This document shows positions 61,349-64,000 of a stretch of 64,000 nucleotides of DNA, piece after piece. Origin of the DNA: a bacterium (GTDB lineage: Bacteria; UBA8248); assembly GCA_965219955.1 (NCBI GenBank), contig OZ244799.1:288001-352000 (forward strand). Reading direction: 5' to 3'. How positions within the stretch are numbered: the first letter of the stretch is position 1; each line of letters begins with the position of its first letter. Position numbers and translations under genes: made by a program. Under the pieces are notes generated by a model, which was given only the letters and a program-made list of their open reading frames with translations, was not told the DNA's origin and did not search any database.

Positions 61349-62620
61349 ATGTTGTTTCTCTACAACCTCGTCATTCTTCTCGTCTCGCCCGCATTGTTCG
61401 TGTATTTTCTGGTTCGCCTGTGGCTTCGGGGGTTTGATCTCGGGGCTGTGCGCGAAAGGTTCGGGTTTCCGCCCGAATTGCCCGATGCGGGGGGAGGGCG
61501 TCTTTGGCTGCACGCCGTCTCCGTGGGGGAAGTGGGCGTGGCCGCCGTCTTGATACCCGCGCTTTTGAGAAAGAAGCCGGAGCTCAAAATCGTTCTTTCC
61601 ACGGTGACCCGGACAGGCAGAAACGAGGCCGGAAAAATCTCGGGCCTGGAGCGTCTCATTTACCTGCCCCTGGATTTCCCCTTGACGGTCCGTTCCGCCT
61701 TGAAGCGCATCCGCCCGTCCATGATCGCGCTCATAGAGACGGAGATATGGCCGAATTTCGTGGCGGAGGCCGCAAGGAGGAAGATACCGGTATCCATCGT
61801 CAACGGGAGGCTTTCCGGGCGTTCGTATCGTCGTTACAAACGCTTTCAGTTCTTTTTCTCTTCGATTCTCGGGTGTTTCACAAATGTGCTGGTGCGTGGG
61901 GAAGGGGACGCCGAAAGGTTTCGGGGTTTGGGCGCGGCTTCCGTGCGGGTTTCAGGGAACATCAAATTCGACGCGCCTGTGCCGCTTCAGGAGCCCCCGT
62001 ATGGGGCGTATGGCCTGGACGCGTGTCGGCACGTCATCGTGGCCGGCAGCACGCACCCTGGAGAAGAGCAGTTGATTGGAGAGGTGATGGCGTCTATCCG
62101 CCGGAAAATGCCGGAAGCGGGTCTCCTCCTCGCGCCCCGCCATATGGAAAGGGTGGCCCAGGCAGAGGCGGACTTGCAAAACGCGGGTCTTTCTCCCGCG
62201 CGGTGGAGCCGGATTCAAGATACGGGTGGTGAGCATCAAGTGGTCATCCTGGATGTGATGGGAGAGCTCGCAGACGCCTATGGTTGCGCGGCGATGGCGA
62301 TCATCGGTGGAAGTTTTATCCCCCATGGCGGTCAGAACCCGATAGAAGCGGCGCGCTGGGCGGTGCCATGCCTGTGCGGCCCCCACATGGAGAATTTCGC
62401 CGAGGTCACGTGCGAGATGGTCAAGCAAGGCGGCGCGATTCAACTGAACGGGCGGGAGAATCTGGAGACGGCCGTCATGAAATGGCTGGACGACCCGGAA
62501 TCGCGGAATCGGGCAGGTGAAGCGGCCCGCCGGGTAGTGCAGAACAACCAGGGCGCCTCCGAGCGAACCGCGGAATACATCGTCCAGGTCCTGGCGGGTT
62601 CGGATGAGGGCGCCGCATGA
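61349..62620 (+). CDS. waaA: Kdo transferase
   Basis: WLHAVSVGE, ETEIWPN, GNIKFD, AGSTHPGEE, APRH, GGQNPIEAA. Confidence 0.95.
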   Translation: MLFLYNLVILLVSPALFVYFLVRLWLRGFDLGAVRERFGFPPELPDAGGGRLWLHAVSVGEVGVAAVLIPALLRKKPELKIVLSTVTRTGRNEAGKISGLERLIYLPLDFPLTVRSALKRIRPSMIALIETEIWPNFVAEAARRKIPVSIVNGRLSGRSYRRYKRFQFFFSSILGCFTNVLVRGEGDAERFRGLGAASVRVSGNIKFDAPVPLQEPPYGAYGLDACRHVIVAGSTHPGEEQLIGEVMASIRRKMPEAGLLLAPRHMERVAQAEADLQNAGLSPARWSRIQDTGGEHQVVILDVMGELADAYGCAAMAIIGGSFIPHGGQNPIEAARWAVPCLCGPHMENFAEVTCEMVKQGGAIQLNGRENLETAVMKWLDDPESRNRAGEAARRVVQNNQGASERTAEYIVQVLAGSDEGAA

Positions 62621-63702
62621 GTTTTCGGCGCGCAGTCCTGCAGGCCTGGGAGGGCAATCCCTCGTCCCCTGCCTGGTCCCGCACGTTGACGAAGAGCCTC
62701 GGCCCCCTGGGAAGCCTTTATGGCGCCGCGATGGCGCATCGACGCCGGCGTTATGAATCCGGGAAGGCCGGTGTCTCGAAAAATCCCGTACCTGTCATTT
62801 CGGTTGGCAACCTCACGCTCGGGGGGACGGGAAAAACGCCCACCGTCGCCTGGCTCGTGGAAAAACTGGCCTTGGGAGGCCGGAAGCCCGCTGTCGTGAG
62901 CAGGGGTTATGGCGGGAGGCCCAGGGATGTGATGGTCGTGGGCGACGGGAAGGGAAGCCTGATGGCCGCGCCGCCGGCCGCCGATGAGGCGGCGATGCTT
63001 GCCCGCCGCTATCCCGGCCTCCTCGTGTTGACGGGTGCGGACCGCTCGTTTGTGGCGAAAAAGGCGGTAGAGGAATTCGGGGCGGATGTTGTTGTTCTCG
63101 ACGACGGGTTTCAGCACCTGGCTCTTCACCGGGATATGGACGTGGTGGTTTTGCGCGGAGACGCTCCTTTTGGAAACGGCCAGGTGGTTCCCGCAGGTGT
63201 CCTCAGGGAGCCGGTTTCGGCCCTGAGGCGCGCAGACGCCGTTTTGGTGACGGGCGAATGCGCCGACCGGACGAGACGGGAAATCCAGTCTCTTGTCCCG
63301 GATATTCCGATGTCCACAGGCCGCCTCGAGCCCGATGCGTTCCTGGATTCACGGGACGGGAGAACAGGCTCACCGGATGAATTGAAAGGCGCGAGGGTCG
63401 TTGCCGTCAGCGGCTTGGGCAATCCGCATGGTTTCGAGAAAATGCTTGAAACACTGGGTGTCGAGGTCATGGTGCATCACGAATATCCGGATCATGCCCG
63501 TTACGCTCTGGCGGATGGCGTGCGGCTCGTTTCGTCGCTGCGGAAGAACGGGGCCGATTTCATTCTCACCACGGAGAAGGATGCAGTGAAGCTGTCTCCT
63601 TTGTTGAGCAAAGCGCCGCTTCGTGTCCTTCGCGTGGTGATGAAGATCGATGATGAGATGAATTTGGCTGGTTTGATCGAGAAGAAAGCATTTTCGTCTT
63701 GA
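62617..63702 (+). CDS. lpxK: Tetraacyldisaccharide 4'-kinase
   Basis: SVGNLTLGGTGKTP, SRGYG, LDDGFQH, YPDH, TTEKDAVK. Confidence 0.95.
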   Translation: MSFRRAVLQAWEGNPSSPAWSRTLTKSLGPLGSLYGAAMAHRRRRYESGKAGVSKNPVPVISVGNLTLGGTGKTPTVAWLVEKLALGGRKPAVVSRGYGGRPRDVMVVGDGKGSLMAAPPAADEAAMLARRYPGLLVLTGADRSFVAKKAVEEFGADVVVLDDGFQHLALHRDMDVVVLRGDAPFGNGQVVPAGVLREPVSALRRADAVLVTGECADRTRREIQSLVPDIPMSTGRLEPDAFLDSRDGRTGSPDELKGARVVAVSGLGNPHGFEKMLETLGVEVMVHHEYPDHARYALADGVRLVSSLRKNGADFILTTEKDAVKLSPLLSKAPLRVLRVVMKIDDEMNLAGLIEKKAFSS

Positions 63703-63711
63703 GTTGACGCG

Positions 63712-63999
63712 TTATCCCCTGATGGAGGCGAGAAAGTAAGTCCCTCCCGCGAGAAAAATCGCATTGGGTCCCCAGGCCGCCAGGATGGGCGGCAGGCGTC
63801 CGGCATGTCCGAACGAAAGGCTCGCATGGAAGAAAACGAGATAGATAGCGCCGATTCCGATGGCGATGGCGACTCCCAGGGCGACTCCTCCGCTTCTGCT
63901 GTTTCGAACGCAGAAAGAAACACCCACGAAGGCCAGTACGAAACTGATGAATGGCGCAGAAATTTTTGCCCACATATCTACGATGTAGCGAGTCGGATC
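63712..63999 (-). CDS. LPS export permease LptG/LptF, C-terminal part (5' end outside window)
   Basis: KISAPF...RSGG...G...LPPILAAWGPN motif. Confidence 0.85.
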   Translation of the reverse strand, partial: DPTRYIVDMWAKISAPFISFVLAFVGVSFCVRNSRSGGVALGVAIAIGIGAIYLVFFHASLSFGHAGRLPPILAAWGPNAIFLAGGTYFLASIRG

Positions 64000-64000
64000 C

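Overview
GC-rich diderm bacterial chromosome segment. The gene order lnt-prfB-lysS-lolE-lolD-clpC-bamA-skp-lpxD-fabZ-lpxA-gnnA-like-lpxI-lpxB resembles Nitrospinota/Nitrospirota/deltaproteobacteria-like lineages (inference only). 1-14.5 kb is accessory: catabolic enzymes, four MITE-like cassettes whose ends match an IS1182-family element and which carry REP-like doublets, an intact IS1380 (17-bp TIRs, CTAA duplication), an intact IS1182 (CTCAA duplication) nested inside a MITE, and a ~6-kb island bracketed by a diverged duplicate of the cinA 3' end. The island holds an orphan AbiEi antitoxin, a truncated AbiEii toxin, a Bcr/CflA MFS pump and an NtaA/DmoA monooxygenase. 14.6-21.3 kb is the best candidate for an undescribed system: an intact, tightly coupled 8-gene phage tail-tip/fibre/membrane-protein/tape-measure operon. 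It has no head, terminase, tube, integrase or replication genes, its gene order is permuted (tape measure last), and it is flanked by 10-bp-period repeats that recur in the ftsY-PBP1A gap. It may be a domesticated tailocin or GTA sub-locus. 21.7-64 kb is core genome: mepM-like, yceD-rpmF-plsX-fabH-fabD-acpP-fabF (no fabG), rnc-smc-ftsY, PBP1A, HNH-uvrBC-lnt-prfB (programmed +1 frameshift)-lysS, and Lol/Bam/lipid A genes. All calls come from reading motifs by eye; no database searches were run.
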